From NCBI RefSeq assembly GCF_001194135.2, contig NC_068988.1, forward strand, positions 87,589,395-87,653,394: a stretch of DNA of 64,000 bases, in the 5' to 3' direction. The notes below the pieces were generated by a model. The model saw only the letters and a list, made by a program, of their open reading frames with translations, was not told where the DNA came from and did not search any database. Origin of the DNA: Octopus bimaculoides. Lineage: Eukaryota. This document shows, piece after piece, positions 50,033-64,000 of this stretch. A program made the position numbers and the translations under genes. Each line of letters begins with the position of its first letter. The first letter of the stretch is position 1.

Positions 50033-52200
50033 GAATGCAATGGGCTAAGAATAAAAGCTGCAAGGCATTTGTCCATAATGGTGCTGTAATATAAGTGGAG
50101 AACGTACAACAAAACCAACTAAAATGTTTATAAAGTTGTCTAAGAAAGATAGGAGCAGTTGGAAGTATAAGACAGAGTACATACATACATACTTTTCCTG
50201 TATTGGAAATTGTGAGCCAACATCAGTTGGTTCACAGTTCCTGAGATGTCATCATCAACATCATTATTTCAATGTCCGTCAGTCTTGCTATTTTTAGTAT
50301 TTCCTTGCAAGTGTTAACACCAGCTAATACTGAAAGGTCTTTTAAGGAGTGGTGCTTGTCAACGTCATTTCATGCTTTTAATTGGACAGGAGATAAAATC
50401 CACTTGAAGGGGATGTAAAATTCCTCAGAATTTATACATCCTAACAGCTGAGGTAATGGAGAATAGTATGCGGATACTATTCTGAGATACCTAAGTTAAC
50501 AATATCACTGAGTAACTATTAATATAGTACAAAGAGTTATCTCCTGCTTTGGCTGTGTGTGATGGGTAGACATTGACTGTTTTTGTTTAGTAATCATCTC
50601 TGGCAGGATTACATGTGAGCTACAAGGCCAGTGCTGGATCCGCAGCAGTAATGACCTGTGCTGCACGTGAAACTACTTGACACAACGGAGAAGTGGTGAC
50701 TCTCTTGTGCTCTTTTGGTAATGCACCCACATCAGTGGCAGACAGTAAAAGGGTGACTAATTTGCCCCTTCCATCCATAGACTGGGGTGGCACCTTGGAC
50801 AGAGAGCTATACTACACAGTGGAATCTAGTTACAGCTACCCGAACTGTGCTGTTGAGAGCTATGATCATAACCAGTTACCACAGTAGAGTGAACGATATC
50901 GCTGCAGTACCTATATACAATTAGATAGACTGTATTGCTGACAATTACACTCAACATCTACAGTAGAATGGACTCTACCACATTATAGTACATAGGTAAA
51001 CTTGGCTTTGGACAGTGAAGTGTCTTTGTCACTTGTACAATACAGTGAACTTGTGTGACTGTGTGTGTATGTGTGTGTGTGTGCATTCTCTTTCTCTTTT
51101 TAACCTATTACCTACCAGTGATCTCATATGAGATCACTTAAAAATTACAAATTTCGTAATTATCTGTCAATATTTACACATATCTAACCTTTTTGCTATA
51201 TCTACTAGGTATATTTCTCTGATATTCAAATGAGGTTTGCTAATTTTTCACCCAATATCTCGCTTATTTCTATTTGAAATGTCATTTTGATCATTCCAGC
51301 GTGTTTCTAAGGCTGTTTTATGCTAGAAATCAAAGTTTCATAAAAAAAATTCTAGTTAATAGAATTATAGGAGGTAATGGGTTAATTTTGATTGACCACC
51401 TGATTAGTAGCAAAGTTGTGAAGGAAAGCAGATTGTTTTAACCATCATCCTTTGGAGATTTTTTTATAGTCCCTGATATCGTGATCATTTGTAAAGTAGG
51501 AATTAAGGATTTGCATTCTCTGCTCCAGACCTCGAAGTTCAGTTATACTTTGTTCCAGGGTACGTGTACCAGATTATTGGATGTATTACAACATGCTTCT
51601 TATTCTTTCTTGACTGCACCTTCTTTTCCATCTTAGCAGCCAAGTAATATGATCTAAGCCAAGAATATATATATACAATATGCATGTGTATATACATATA
51701 TGTATGGCGTTAGGAAGGGCATCCAGCTGTAGAAACTCTGCCAAATTAGATTGGAGCCTGGTGTAGCCATCCGGTTGCACCAGTCCTCAGTCAAATCGTC
51801 CAACCCATGCTAGCATGGAAAGCGGACGTTAAACGATGATGATGATGATGATGATGATGTATATATATGTACAAGTGTATATGTATATGCATGTGTATGT
51901 ATGTGTATATATACACACACAAATACATATATATATATATAATACACACACACAAATACATACATATAATACAAACACACAAATACATACATATATATAT
52001 ATTTTTTTCTATGGGCTAAATATATATATATCTTATAGTAAAAATGGATACATAAGGGTGGAAAATCACAGGAACAATACCATATGTCCAACGTAAGATA
52101 CAATATGTGTGTTCAATTCTAGCTCATGCTGAGCACTTCAACTCTGCCCCGTCTTTATGTATTGTTATATTAACAATACATAATTATACAAAAATTACAG

Positions 52201-52231
<31 letters not shown>

Positions 52232-52984
52232 CACACACACACACAGATAATATAGCCACTCTTGATGGTATGGGCCTTACTCTGGATCAAGAATTCAGAG
52301 TTTATGTTCAAAGTTACTTGCTAAGAATAGTGTGTGAAATAAGAAAAATAACCCTTACGCAAAAAGTGAGTAAGGGTTAGCAACAGGAAGGGCACTTGGT
52401 TGCAAAACATTGTGTAACATGATTTTTGTCCTTGGGTAGCAACTGTTATTTCCTATTTGTTTACCCCTAGAAACTATGAAAAATGGCTAATATTTCCATC
52501 AACCCATGCTTTTGTTACATCTATTCAAACCCTTAAGAATCCCTCTCAACACATGGCTATGATGCTCCACCACTATTCCTGCTCATGATCAGAGATCGTT
52601 AGCCACTAAGGGACATGCTTAAGTGGTTAAGGTTAAGCAACAGACAAACAAATCAGTGGTATTGAGCAGAATATTTACTACAACGATATTTCTGCTTCAG
52701 CAACTCAGCGCTGAATCTGTCTGAAATGTAATAGAAAATAGGTCAGTTTCAAAACATTGATGTCCTGGTTACAAAAGCAAAGTTTGAAGGGAATAGTTGT
52801 TGTTTCCTTTGATTTCTAGATAGAAGTAAATAGGAAATAACACTCACTGACCAAAGACAAAAAATTTTTTATTTTAATTCTTACACAGTGTAATATATAC
52901 AACTCACCCATACTAGCGTAAAAAAAAAAAAGTAAAATGAATAAACAAGGCTTTTTAAAGGAACATCATAAAGCACACCCCTAT

Positions 52985-53600
52985 TTTTTTTTTTTTTAAT
53001 GGAAGTCTGTTGGGGTTCGACAATGACGTCAATGATGCTGGAGGTGGGAGCCGAGCCCAAAGGCGGACGCACAGACGTGGCCACATAACAGCAGAAGTAG
53101 GGGTTGGGGTTCCTCTCTTTTCTGGTCCAGGCTCTTGAGGCACTTTTCCTCAAACAGCCTAACACAGCTGGATGCCAGGCGCTGCGGTCAGAGGTAAGTG
53201 ATTCCCAGCCATGGGTTAAAATGCCGCAGGCCTCAAGGGAGGTTCCCAGGCTGTCCTTGTATCGCCCCAGTGACCTTCCAGGGTTTCTCGCTCCAGGCGC
53301 CAGCTCGGAGAAGAAGATCAACTTTGGTAGATGCATGTCATCCATTCGGACTACATGTTTGACCCACCAGAGCTAGGCCTTCATGATGAGGGCTTCAATC
53401 CCGGGCATTTCGGCTCTGCGAAGCACCTCAGTGTTGGAGACCCTGTCCTCCCAGGAAATTCCTATGATTCGTCGTCGCAAGCAGCGGAGGTGGAACTGGT
53501 CAAATACTTGCATTTGCCTCCTATACAGCATCCACATCCCACAGCCGTATAGCAAAGAGGTGAGGACGACTGCCCTCTACACCATCAGTACCGCCACACC
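52985..53600 (-). mobile_element. 5'-truncated RTE (BovB-like) LINE ORF2 C-terminus with poly(A) tail
   Basis: 'LLYGCGMW...FHLRCLR..IIGISWEDRVSNTEVLRRAEMPGIEALIMKA*LWWVKHVVRMDDMHLPKLIFFSEL...GRYKDSL...WESLTSDRSAW'. T-run at 52985-52998. Confidence 0.92.
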
Positions 53601-56600
53601 AAACATTCAAATGGTTTTTTTCCATGCATCATTGCCACCACCAGCCATAGTGGCACTTCATTACTAAATATGTCCACTGCTAGGGAACAATTACCCAAGT
53701 ATAAGGAATGGAGAGATTGTAAGAGCATGTTTGAGTGTGTTACAGCATGTGTTTTTGTGTTTGTCTGTGGTAAAGAAGTGTATACATATTTTTAATGCTG
53801 CCCTACACCTTTTTCAAATAAATTAAGCTAAATGGCCATTGCTGCTGCAAACAACTACTATCCACAATTATCTCTCAATGAGTGGGGAGGTTTACAGTGT
53901 TCTCATTAAACATAGATTAATTAGTTCAATTTATTAGGTTAAGTGGTCCACGTTATTATAATTGTTGGTGTTGTTTATCTTCAGGCAGCTCTGATCCACC
54001 ATATTAGAGTCGCCTGTGTGTGTGTTACTATTTTTGTTTCTTTTAAATTCAACTGTAGGCATGATTGTGTGGTTAAGAAGCTCAGTTGGCAACCACATGG
54101 TTTCAGGTTCAGTTCCACTGCACAGCACCTTGGGCAAGTGTCTTCTACAATAGCCCTGAGCCAACCCATAGCTTGCGAGTAAATTTAGTACAAAAAAACT
54201 GGGTGGAAGCATGTCATTGTGTGTGTCCCCTCACCACCACCAAAACCATTTGATAACTGATGTTGGTTTGTTTACATCCCCATAAGTTAGTGATTCAGCA
54301 ATAAGAGACCAATAGAATAAGAACCAAGTTTAAAATACTAGGATCAATTTGTTTGACTAAACCCTTCAAGACGGTCTCCCGGCATGGCTGTAGTCTAATG
54401 AGTGGAACAGGTAAAAAATAAAAGACAAAGATATTATCAAATGTGTGTATCCAATATATTATCCAATGTGTGTTAGGCTGCAGCCTAACAATCCTGTAGG
54501 GTCGTGACAAACCTAAGACATAAGTCCTTCTTTTTACAAGGTGGTAGGGTGTGATTTGAGGGAGCTTTGACTGCAAGAGGTAGCTGATCAAGCAACAGCA
54601 TAGATCATCATCATCATCATCATCATCGTTTAACGTCCGCTTTCCATGCTAGCATGGGTTGGAAGATTTGACTGAGGACTGGTGAAGTCAGATGGCAACA
54701 CCAGGCTCCAATCTGATTTGGCAGAGTTTCTACAGCTGGATGCCCTTCCTAACGCCAACCACTCAGAGAGTGTAGTGGGTGCTTATACGTGCCACCGGCA
54801 TGAAGGCCAGTCAAGCGGTGGTGGGAAATTCCTTGCTCTCTGACAAAATCTCTAAAAATCCTAAAGAAAAAAAAAAACAGTTTAACCCTTTTGATGCCAA
54901 CACACCTGAAACTACGTCTGGTTTTNNNNNNNNNNNNNNNNNNNNNNNNNNNNNNNNNNNNNNNNNNNNNNNNNNNNNNNNNNNNNNNNNNNNNNNNNNN
55001 NNNNNNNNNNNNNNNNNNNNNNNNNNNNNNNNNNNNNNNNNNNNNNNNNNNNNNNNNNNNNNNNNNNNNNNNNNNNNNNNNNNNNNNNNNNNNNNNNNNN
55101 NNNNNNNNNNNNNNNNNNNNNNNNNNNNNNNNNNNNNNNNNNNNNNNNNNNNNNNNNNNNNNNNNNNNNNNNNNNNNNNNNNNNNNNNNNNNNNNNNNNN
55201 NNNNNNNNNNNNNNNNNNNNNNNNNNNNNNNNNNNNNNNNNNNNNNNNNNNNNNNNNNNNNNNNNNNNNNNNNNNNNNNNNNNNNNNNNNNNNNNNNNNN
55301 NNNNNNNNNNNNNNNNNNNNNNNNNNNNNNNNNNNNNNNNNNNNNNNNNNNNNNNNNNNNNNNNNNNNNNNNNNNNNNNNNNNNNNNNNNNNNNNNNNNN
55401 NNNNNNNNNNNNNNNNNNNNNNNNNNNNNNNNNTGTATTGTGGACTTATAACCAATTTATTGCCCACAAACGTTACTGAAGCATAGTTCTTTTCCTGACC
55501 CCTGAAAAATTATCGTGGACCCCAGTTGAGAACCCCTGGTATAATGGATCATTTTTACATTTTGGTTTGTTAAGAAACACGTTAGATTTTCACCAGATAT
55601 AACCTTGTGTCCTATCCGGGTGGAGATACATCTTGCTGCTTATGTGTTCTCAATTTAGAAAGCGAAAATATTCAATATTGTTTTAGCTTACCGCACCCTT
55701 AAGGGATGGTCACTATTGCATCATAAAAGAGTGCTACTTGAACAAGACCATCATCCTATCCCGGTGGAGGAAATGATTTATCACCCAACAAGTTAATTTT
55801 TCATAAAACTGAAATTGAAGCAATGATTCTTCACCTGCGCCTCAGGAAGTCAGTAAAATCATTTATCATTCCAAATGTGAGTGTTTCTCTGTTGGTGCAG
55901 GTGGGATCAATCGACAATGTTGCAAATGTCACACTCCTTTCATTTCTCATTCAAATAAATGAACTGATCATCAACAAAAGAAGCCATATTGAACATAATT
56001 ATATGAATTCAGCATGTTTACAGAGTCTTTATGCCAGTCAACCAATAAGATATTGTACTCTTGTGGAATTATTTAATGTCTGTTCACCATAGTCCAGACA
56101 GTAAAATCTCATTTTTCTGTCCAGTTGTCAATGGTGTTTGCTTTTTCTTCATCAGAAATAATAGTAACAAGCTCAATTACATGTAACAGACACATACTTG
56201 GAAAAAAAAGAAAAAAAGAAGAAAGTCACAGATGAAATGAAGACACCATTGATTTAATGTATGATAAATCCTCCAGTGTGTCAGTCAATATTCATCATCA
56301 GAGTCATTATCATTGTTTTAATATTTATTTTTCCATGCTCACATGAGTCAGACAAAATTTGCTGAGGCAAATTTTCAAAATCTAAATGCTCTCATATACG
56401 CGTCAGATGGAATTTGTTACAGTGAATTTTCAACAGCTGAAAGCCCTTTTTGTTGTTCACAAACCCTCATCTGTTTCCAAGTAAGGTAGTATTTCCCCCA
56501 TGACCAGACGTATCTCAGAAGAAATGGAAACAAAGGATACTGCTTGCATGACAATGAATTCATTTACAACTATCATGCAATGCTAAGGCTAGTAGACAAT

Positions 56601-59600
56601 AGCAGAAAAGCACATGCACACACGGACATGTATTAAGGACTTTAAGTTTCCAGCTATCAAATCCATTCATAGGGTTTTCATCAGCTCAGGCCTATAGTAA
56701 AAGATACTTGCCAAGGAGCCATGCAGTGGGACTGAACCTGAAACTATGTGGTTGGGAAGCAAACTTCTTACCACACAGCCATACCTGCACCTATTAAATC
56801 TCTCATATTCAACACCTATGTTTCTAAACCATACCAACAGATCACACTCTATTGTATTTCCCACTAATCTCCACAAATCTTCCACACTCAAAACACATTT
56901 AACCGTTTAGCATTCAGATTACTCAGTCAAATGTAATACTTTTTTTTATTCACATTGTTTTGAATTAATCATTCATTATCTCATAGCTTTGAAATTTCAA
57001 TGATGTGATTGCATATATTTTTAGAATGACATTGTAAGGTAAGTGTGAGAGCCTGGATCTGACTGGTTTGAACATAAAATAGGTAAAATCTTTGGACCAG
57101 TTTAATAGCTAAAGGGTTAAGATTTATACTATCACATCAGTCTCCAACCACCCCAGACTTACAGTATCTAACATTTATGTCTCATTACCATGAAGGTTCA
57201 TATCAAACATCCAATTCAATCTGTGGTTCCCAGCCAGAGTCCATATAAGATTTTGTTGTTGAAATTTATGTGAAACAAATTGTTTATGCTTCTACAATAC
57301 ACAAAATATTTTAACAAATTCTTTTTATACAATTCCTAATAGTATTTAATTGTAAAAATAAGATAGGTTCCTTAACACTTTAGTGTTCGGGTTATTAAGA
57401 TAATGCTTATTGACTCACATTGTTTTTAATTAATCATGCATTATCTCATATCTTTGAGATTTCGAAGATGTGAATAATGTAGAATAACATTGTAGGGTAA
57501 GTGGGAGAGTTTGGATCTGGTCAGTTTGAACATAAAACGGGTGAGATATTTTGACTGGATATGACCAGTTTAAATGCTAAAGGGTTAACATCAAATGGTT
57601 AAGAAGGTCCATCTGAGTAAAATAGGAATCAGAAGGGTCCACAGATAAAAAAAAAAATGGTTGAGAATCACTGCTTCAGATCATACTCAACTTCATCAAC
57701 TTCCACAGGTCTTCCCTGCTGTCTTATGCCATAAAACTTAACATTAAACACCCAACAAATCATACATACATCATCAGATCTTTGAGAAGGCTTGTTTTAG
57801 ACTTTCCTTCTCATTTATTTATTCATGACAGTCCTTCCACACTGAAGTGGTGGACAGAGGAGTTGATATTTGGCTTTAAGTGATGTAGACTAATGTCTTG
57901 ACAGAAAGACACAGAGTTGGTATTCCTGACAAATTTGGGGGTAAGAAACATTGGGCCAAGTGTTTACAGCAAAGTTTGAGAGTTGAAACACTGAAGGGGC
58001 AAATGCATATGGTAAATTGGGCGCACAGCTAGCTAGGGCAAAGGCAAAGTTGACCTTGGTAGGAGCTGAACTCTGAATGTAAAATGCTGGAAGAAATGTT
58101 GCTAAGCATTTTGTTTGATGTGCAAATGATTCTTCAAAAATAATATTGCCTTATATCTGAGAAAGGCATCAGATTCAACCAAATTTGTGTAGCTGACATT
58201 CATAGAGGCAAGGTTTCTGCTTCAATGAAAGGCCATCATCATCATTATTGGTATTCATACATTATTCGTTACACTGCTACAAACCACCACCACCACCACC
58301 ACNNNNNNNNNNNNNNNNNNNNNNNNNNNNNNNNNNNNNNNNNNNNNNNNNNNNNNNNNNNNNNNNNNNNNNNNNNNNNNNNNNNNNNNNNNNNNNNNNN
58401 NNNNNNNNNNNNNNNNNNNNNNNNNNNNNNNNNNNNNNNNNNNNNNNNNNNNNNNNNNNNNNNNNNNNNNNNNNNNNNNNNNNNNNNNNNNNNNNNNNNN
58501 NNNNNNNNNNNNNNNNNNNNNNNNNNNNNNNNNNNNNNNNNNNNNNNNNNNNNNNNNNNNNNNNNNNNNNNNNNNNNNNNNNNNNNNNNNNNNNNNNNNN
58601 NNNNNNNNNNNNNNNNNNNNNNNNNNNTTGTGATGATACGTATTTGAAATATTTGAGAGAAAAACAGCTGTATATTAGTTTATATCAGTGTGTGTGCGTG
58701 TGTGCGTGTGTGTATGAGTGTTTGTGTGTAAGTATATGTATGTATCTTAAAAAATAGTACTATGCATAGACTTAACCCATTGGATACTAACCAGTATAAA
58801 TAAAACTCAATTTCTTTGAAAGAAAACCTCGTTAAAAAATGTATTCACATTTTAAAAGTTTTCAGTAATCACTTTAAAAGAAACTTTTGTTATGTTATGT
58901 TCCAAATACCAGCTTAAAAGTAAACAAATTAGTTTACTAAATCAGTCCTAATTCTTGATTCATTTCCAAAAATAAAATAAAAAATAAATAAAAAAATCAG
59001 ACAATCCAATTCATTAGAAAAAGTCTGCCTTGAGCTTTTAGGGCTCATGAGGTCAGAGCTTATCCAGATTTGTAAAGTATTTAGGCTGAAAGTACAAGAC
59101 CCTGCTCCCTGAATGAGATGCTGGTCCAGGGCATGATCACCTCCCAGTTGACTCTGGTACTAATTTTCAGTTAAGTGACTTAGTGGTTGGGGTATTGGAC
59201 TTGTGGATCATAAGATTGTGATTTTGATTCCTGGACCAGGTAACACGCTGTGTTCTTCTTCAGCAAAACACTTCATTTCATGTTGTTCCAGTCTGCTCAG
59301 CAGGCAAAAATGAATAATCCTGCGACGGACTGGCATCCCATTCAGGTGGGGAATATATATACAGAGTGGACCTTATGAGTCAGTATGACATGAAAAGGTA
59401 AGTTTTTGTTTTTTTACTGGAGCAATGAGGAGTGGGGAAGTACTTTGTTCAATGGACACGTGCTACCTGGTCTGAGAATCAAAAACTCTGGATCTACAAC
59501 AGTTGTGTATTCATCACCCTAACCACAAAGTTCTACCTGCACAAGTTAATGGGTGAAAAGTAAAATAGGAATTTTGAAAGCAGTATCTATAGAACTAGTT

Positions 59601-62600
59601 TTTAAACAACAAATGGTTATAGGGTTCTATTAGAATAAAATAGTAATCAAAGGGGTCTGCAGATAAAAAAAAATCACTGGTCTAGAAAGTGTATGTCTAG
59701 TGGAGAAATTGAACTCATGTTTATTCAACTTGACTGACCACTTGTAAGACTCAACACCGCTAGGTATGGTTACATCATCGAGAGGCATATTTTTGAGGCA
59801 ATTCAGATTTATACATTGCTAAAAAGTGATGTGGGGCCACACAAATTGTAATGTTTTAATGAAATCAAGATTTTAAACTTTTAAACTTGCTAAATATCTT
59901 AATCAATTTTCCTAGCAGTTAGAAGTGTTACACGATCAGCATAGACCCAACAGAGTAGAAAATGTAGAAAGGCTTTCAATTCTTGATATCAACCTACCCA
60001 AGACTACTCTTATTTCTAGGTTACAAGACTTCCTGTTTTGTCAAAATCAAAATTTCTATATAAAGTTTCATGTGAATTTGTGCTCCAAATATCAGCTTAA
60101 AAACAGTCAAGTAAATTTTACTTCGTTTTTCTTTATTTCCATACTTAAGTGAAGTAAAGAGGGTGTATTTTCAAGTGAAGTATGGTAACGAAAGATTTTT
60201 AAACATAGATAGCATTATTAAGCAAAAACTTGAATTTTTTGTTAGCATATTTGCCATTTGTTTCTACAATTGCTGCTTGTAGACCAGAGCAAGAACTTTT
60301 CTAATACCTAGACTGTTGTCTACTTTTGAATTTCCATAACATGTTACACTTCCTCTCATATTCTTTGTGTTCTCACAGTCAGAAGTGGTGCACAGTTTAC
60401 ATTTAGATGTTATTATATTATAGATTACAGCGATAAACCAAAGAATATTCACAAAAACATTCTAAGAAATACAACTGTCACTCATTTCTGAACTAAACTA
60501 AACTAAACAAACAATTGAATGGCACACTAGGAATACAGGTACCAAAGCATTTATTCAGCTGATGGAAAGCCAACTCCATTTCAAACCAGCTTTGTAGTAG
60601 TGCCAATTGTCAACTTAAGTTTTTGGGGGTTTTTTTCAGTTTTTCCATGGCATACATGCTGTATAGCAGGTTCGTTAAGATAGTTGCTATGTATACTTGT
60701 CTTCTTGATCCAGAAGAAACTGGAAAATCCCCCAAATCTAGGTTAATTCTAATCCCAAGCTTGCTGGCTAAACATTTCACTACCCGTAGCATTCACTGAA
60801 TGTTTTTGTACAGACCTATTTTATAGATGAGTATTTATATGATTATTGTTGTACACAAGCAATTTATATTTTACAGTATTTATATATCATTTCTTATCAA
60901 AGCTGTAATGAAGTTATGTCTAACTTAATCATTGCCTTTTTGGTTTCAAACTACCTGACACTGTCCCTGGATATATAATAAAAACTTCAAGGTTTAAAGT
61001 CATCTAAATTTTTAAAATGTTGCATTAAAATTTCATTTCAATTTATGTTCTGGTTTCAGCTTAATAATGATAGACTTTACAGAATTCTTGGATTCTTTTT
61101 TCTCTTCAAAAATAAATGAAAGCAGTGTATTTCAATCAATGAAAACATGGTAATGAAAGGGGCAAATGGAGACCTACTTTTCAGGGTTGCAGTTTACGAT
61201 GGGGATGGAGGGAGAGAGAAACAGTTTCATAAAATGTGGCCGTGTGGTAAGAAGCTTGTTTCCTAACCACATGGTTCTGGATTCAGGTTCACCACATAGC
61301 ACCTAGGGCAAGTGTCTTTTACTACAGCCTCAATCTGATCAAAGCCTGTCATATATATGTGTGTGTGAGTATCTTTGTGTCTGTCTCCCACCATCAATTA
61401 ACAACCAGTGTTGGTATGTTTATGTCCCTGTAATTTATAATTACTGATAGGACAATGATATACTTGTAAAGAAGTTTCTCTGAGGTTAGATCCATTCTGT
61501 TATCTACTGCCCTTGCCTTATTACTGATTTCCAAACTAGGCTCAAGGCTACTAGTTTAATGTGGGTTACGGTATAGTTGGTTGTAGTTTGTGAGATGGAA
61601 CCAAGGACATGTGTGACTAAATTCTGCAATTCGTTTTAAAGCAGCCCTCCCAACACTTAACAAGAAAGATTTTTGTAAACATAGGCAAAAAGTCTGAAAT
61701 TTTGGAGCAGGGTTTTAATTCATTATATATTGACCTTGTATTCATTGAATACAATGGTTCCAAGACACAGAGGAGCTTACAAGAAGAAATACAATCACAC
61801 AAAAAGCGGGGTTTACTCAGATTAAAAATAAAACCCCAAAAAAATCTGTCAACAAAAATGACATAATACTAAGTTCAAAGAAGGAAGTTCCCCAATTGAG
61901 GAGGATGATTATCTTGAATAATTCAGGGGAAACTTTTACAAAAAGGCCCAAATTCAGCCACATATCCAGCATCAAAACTGTCCCCTCTGGGTTTCTTTTC
62001 TCTTTAGAAAAGTATACCGACAGTGAAGGCATGTGGCTTAGCAGTTAGGGTAATCAGCTCATGAATGCAAGGTCATGGGTTCAATTCCCAGGGGCGTGTT
62101 GTGTCCTAGAGCAAGACACTTTATTTCACGTTGCTCCAGTCCACTCAGCTGGAAAAAATGAGTAGTACCTATATTTCAAAGGGCCGGCCTTCTCACATTC
62201 TGTGTCAAGTTGAATCTCACTGAGAATTATTTAAGAGTATGTGTCTGTGGAGTGAGGCTGTTCTGTTGATTGGATCAACTGTGACTCATCGTCATCGTAA
62301 CTGACGGAGTGCCAGTTTAGCTTCTCTGAGTAGGCCTATTCAACATCACCTGCTATACCACTTTTACCCATCAGCAGCCTCTTAGTAATGGTTATAGATT
62401 TTAACCACAAGTTCAGGAGTTTTGAGTGGAGGGATCTAGTCAATTATATATCGACTCCAGTACTTGACTGGTACTTTATTTTATCGACCCAAAGAGAATG
62501 AAAAGCAAAGTCAAATGTGACAGATTTTGAACTGAAGAGTCAGAAGAAATACTGCAAAACATGCTTTCCGACACTAAATGCTTCAGTCAGCTCATCATAA

Positions 62601-62910
62601 TGATGATGATGATGATTTTAAATTTTAATACAAGACTAGCAATTTTCGGGAAGGAGGCAAATCAATTACATCGACCCCAGTGTTCAAGCTGGTACTTATT
62701 TCATCAGCCTGAAGATGGTGGAAGACAAACTCATAACGCTTTCTAATTTGAGGAAGTTAGTCGAATGTATCAACCTCAGTATTTTATCACCCCCAGACAA
62801 ATGAAAGACTAAGTTTACCTCGACGAGATATGAAAAGACGGGACAAAAATAATAAAGAGACAAACACTGAAGGAGCAATAATACATACATACATTTATAA
62901 ACATGCTTCT

Positions 62911-62983
<73 letters not shown>

Positions 62984-63049
62984 TAATTCATTATTAAAGA
63001 CAAACTTACATGAATTAAACACACATGAGAAAAAAAATTAAGATGAAAT

Positions 63050-63259
63050 AATATCCGTGACGAGAGTAATGTGTCCCTCCTCAGATAAGTAGAGAATAAA
63101 ACAAAGAGATTTCTTAAATATGAAATATGCAGAGGACAAGAGTAACAGGAAGTTTTCGTAACTCACTTTTAAAGATGCTTGGGTTGGTCGTATGAGGAGG
63201 AGAGAGAGATAGAAAGAGGAGAAAGAAGTGTAACACTGTAAAAGTAAATGGTTTAAGAA

Positions 63260-63293
<34 letters not shown>

Positions 63294-63930
63294 CACATAA
63301 CTACAGATATATACCCCACCCACTTTGTTGCCTCGTAACTTCCAGAAAGACAGATATTTTTTAACGAAACTTTCAACAAATAATCGCTTAGATCCTGTAG
63401 ATTGAGTGAATGTAAAGGTTTGTTGCAAAAAAGTTTTTCCGAGGGGTTGAGGGGAGGAGTTTCGGAAAATTCACACGACCCGACATTTCCCCTCCTCATA
63501 ACTTTCAGGAAAATAGTTATTTTTTAATGAAATTTTATACGAATACCTTTCAAACGGTGCAGATTACGATTACAAAGAAATCTGTAGGCAAAATCTTTTG
63601 GAAGTGGGGAAGAGTTTCTGATCAGACAAGCCACATAAGTTGGAATTTTTTCGTTTTGACGGGGATTTTTTTTCCAATTTTTCTTTTCAGTAGTCACGAA
63701 AAAAAGCAAAAAGTCTTGAAAATTTATGATTTTTTTTCACTCTCGCCACTGCCTCATCAACCCAGTCCGGACCGAATTTGACCAATTTTTTTTCTTTTTT
63801 CTTTTTCACTACATACTTAGAAACCTTTTCGGTTAAAAAAAACAAAAACAAAAATGAAATCTTTTTAGAAGAAAAAGTGTGTAATTTAAGGGTGATTTGG
63901 CTGTTGTTTCTAACACATCGCAAGACCACC
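63050..63930. promoter_or_regulatory. CpG-retaining, repeat-poor region; possible promoter/first exon
   Basis: About 18 CpG in 63301-63920 versus about 3 in 60001-60600 (manual counts). A minus-strand GTAAGT donor lies at 63009-63004. Confidence 0.35.
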
Positions 63931-64000
63931 TTCCTTATTTTTCTCACTGAAATATGTATTATTTTTCAATATTTTCCCCCATAAACACATTTATGCTATA

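Noticed and set aside
5028-58757. Long ORFs rich in X in the supplied track (for example 5028-5573, 12604-13488, 26000-26497, 29913-30492, 54779-55486, 58225-58757)
   Set aside because: They only span N-gaps, where no stop codons can be seen.
60620-60800. Short plus-strand open frame 'MAYMLYSRFVKIVAMYTCLLDPEETGKSPK...'
   Set aside because: It is under 60 codons with no recognisable motif, which is within chance expectation.

Overview
AT-rich, repeat-dense animal genomic DNA with 11 N-gaps and many (TA)n/(CA)n/(CAT)n microsatellites. The SINE, MITE and RTE repertoire points to an octopus-type coleoid cephalopod draft assembly (inference; no database search was run). The only well-supported host gene is a minus-strand tetraspanin resembling CD151/TSPAN11. 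Four coding exons were reconstructed by hand (44390-44292, 25936-25736, 16633-16559, 3337-3218; 165 aa). All four downstream junctions are phase 0, with GT-AG introns of 18355, 9102 and 13221 bp. The CCG/TM4 exons were not found and probably lie left of the window. There is a candidate upstream coding mini-exon at 47750-47767 and a CpG-retaining, promoter-like region near 63-64 kb. Most of the rest is transposon debris: several modular tRNA-type SINE families, RTE LINE fragments, Tc1/mariner remnants, hAT, piggyBac and Tigger-type MITEs, and Penelope-like fragments. No novel multi-gene system is evident. The best leads are RNA-level: a gap-free 121-bp-arm hairpin in intron 3, minimal hammerhead-ribozyme motifs in intron 1, stacked inverted MITE pairs, minisatellites derived from transposon sequence, and a TM3 lacking the usual Glu/Gln.
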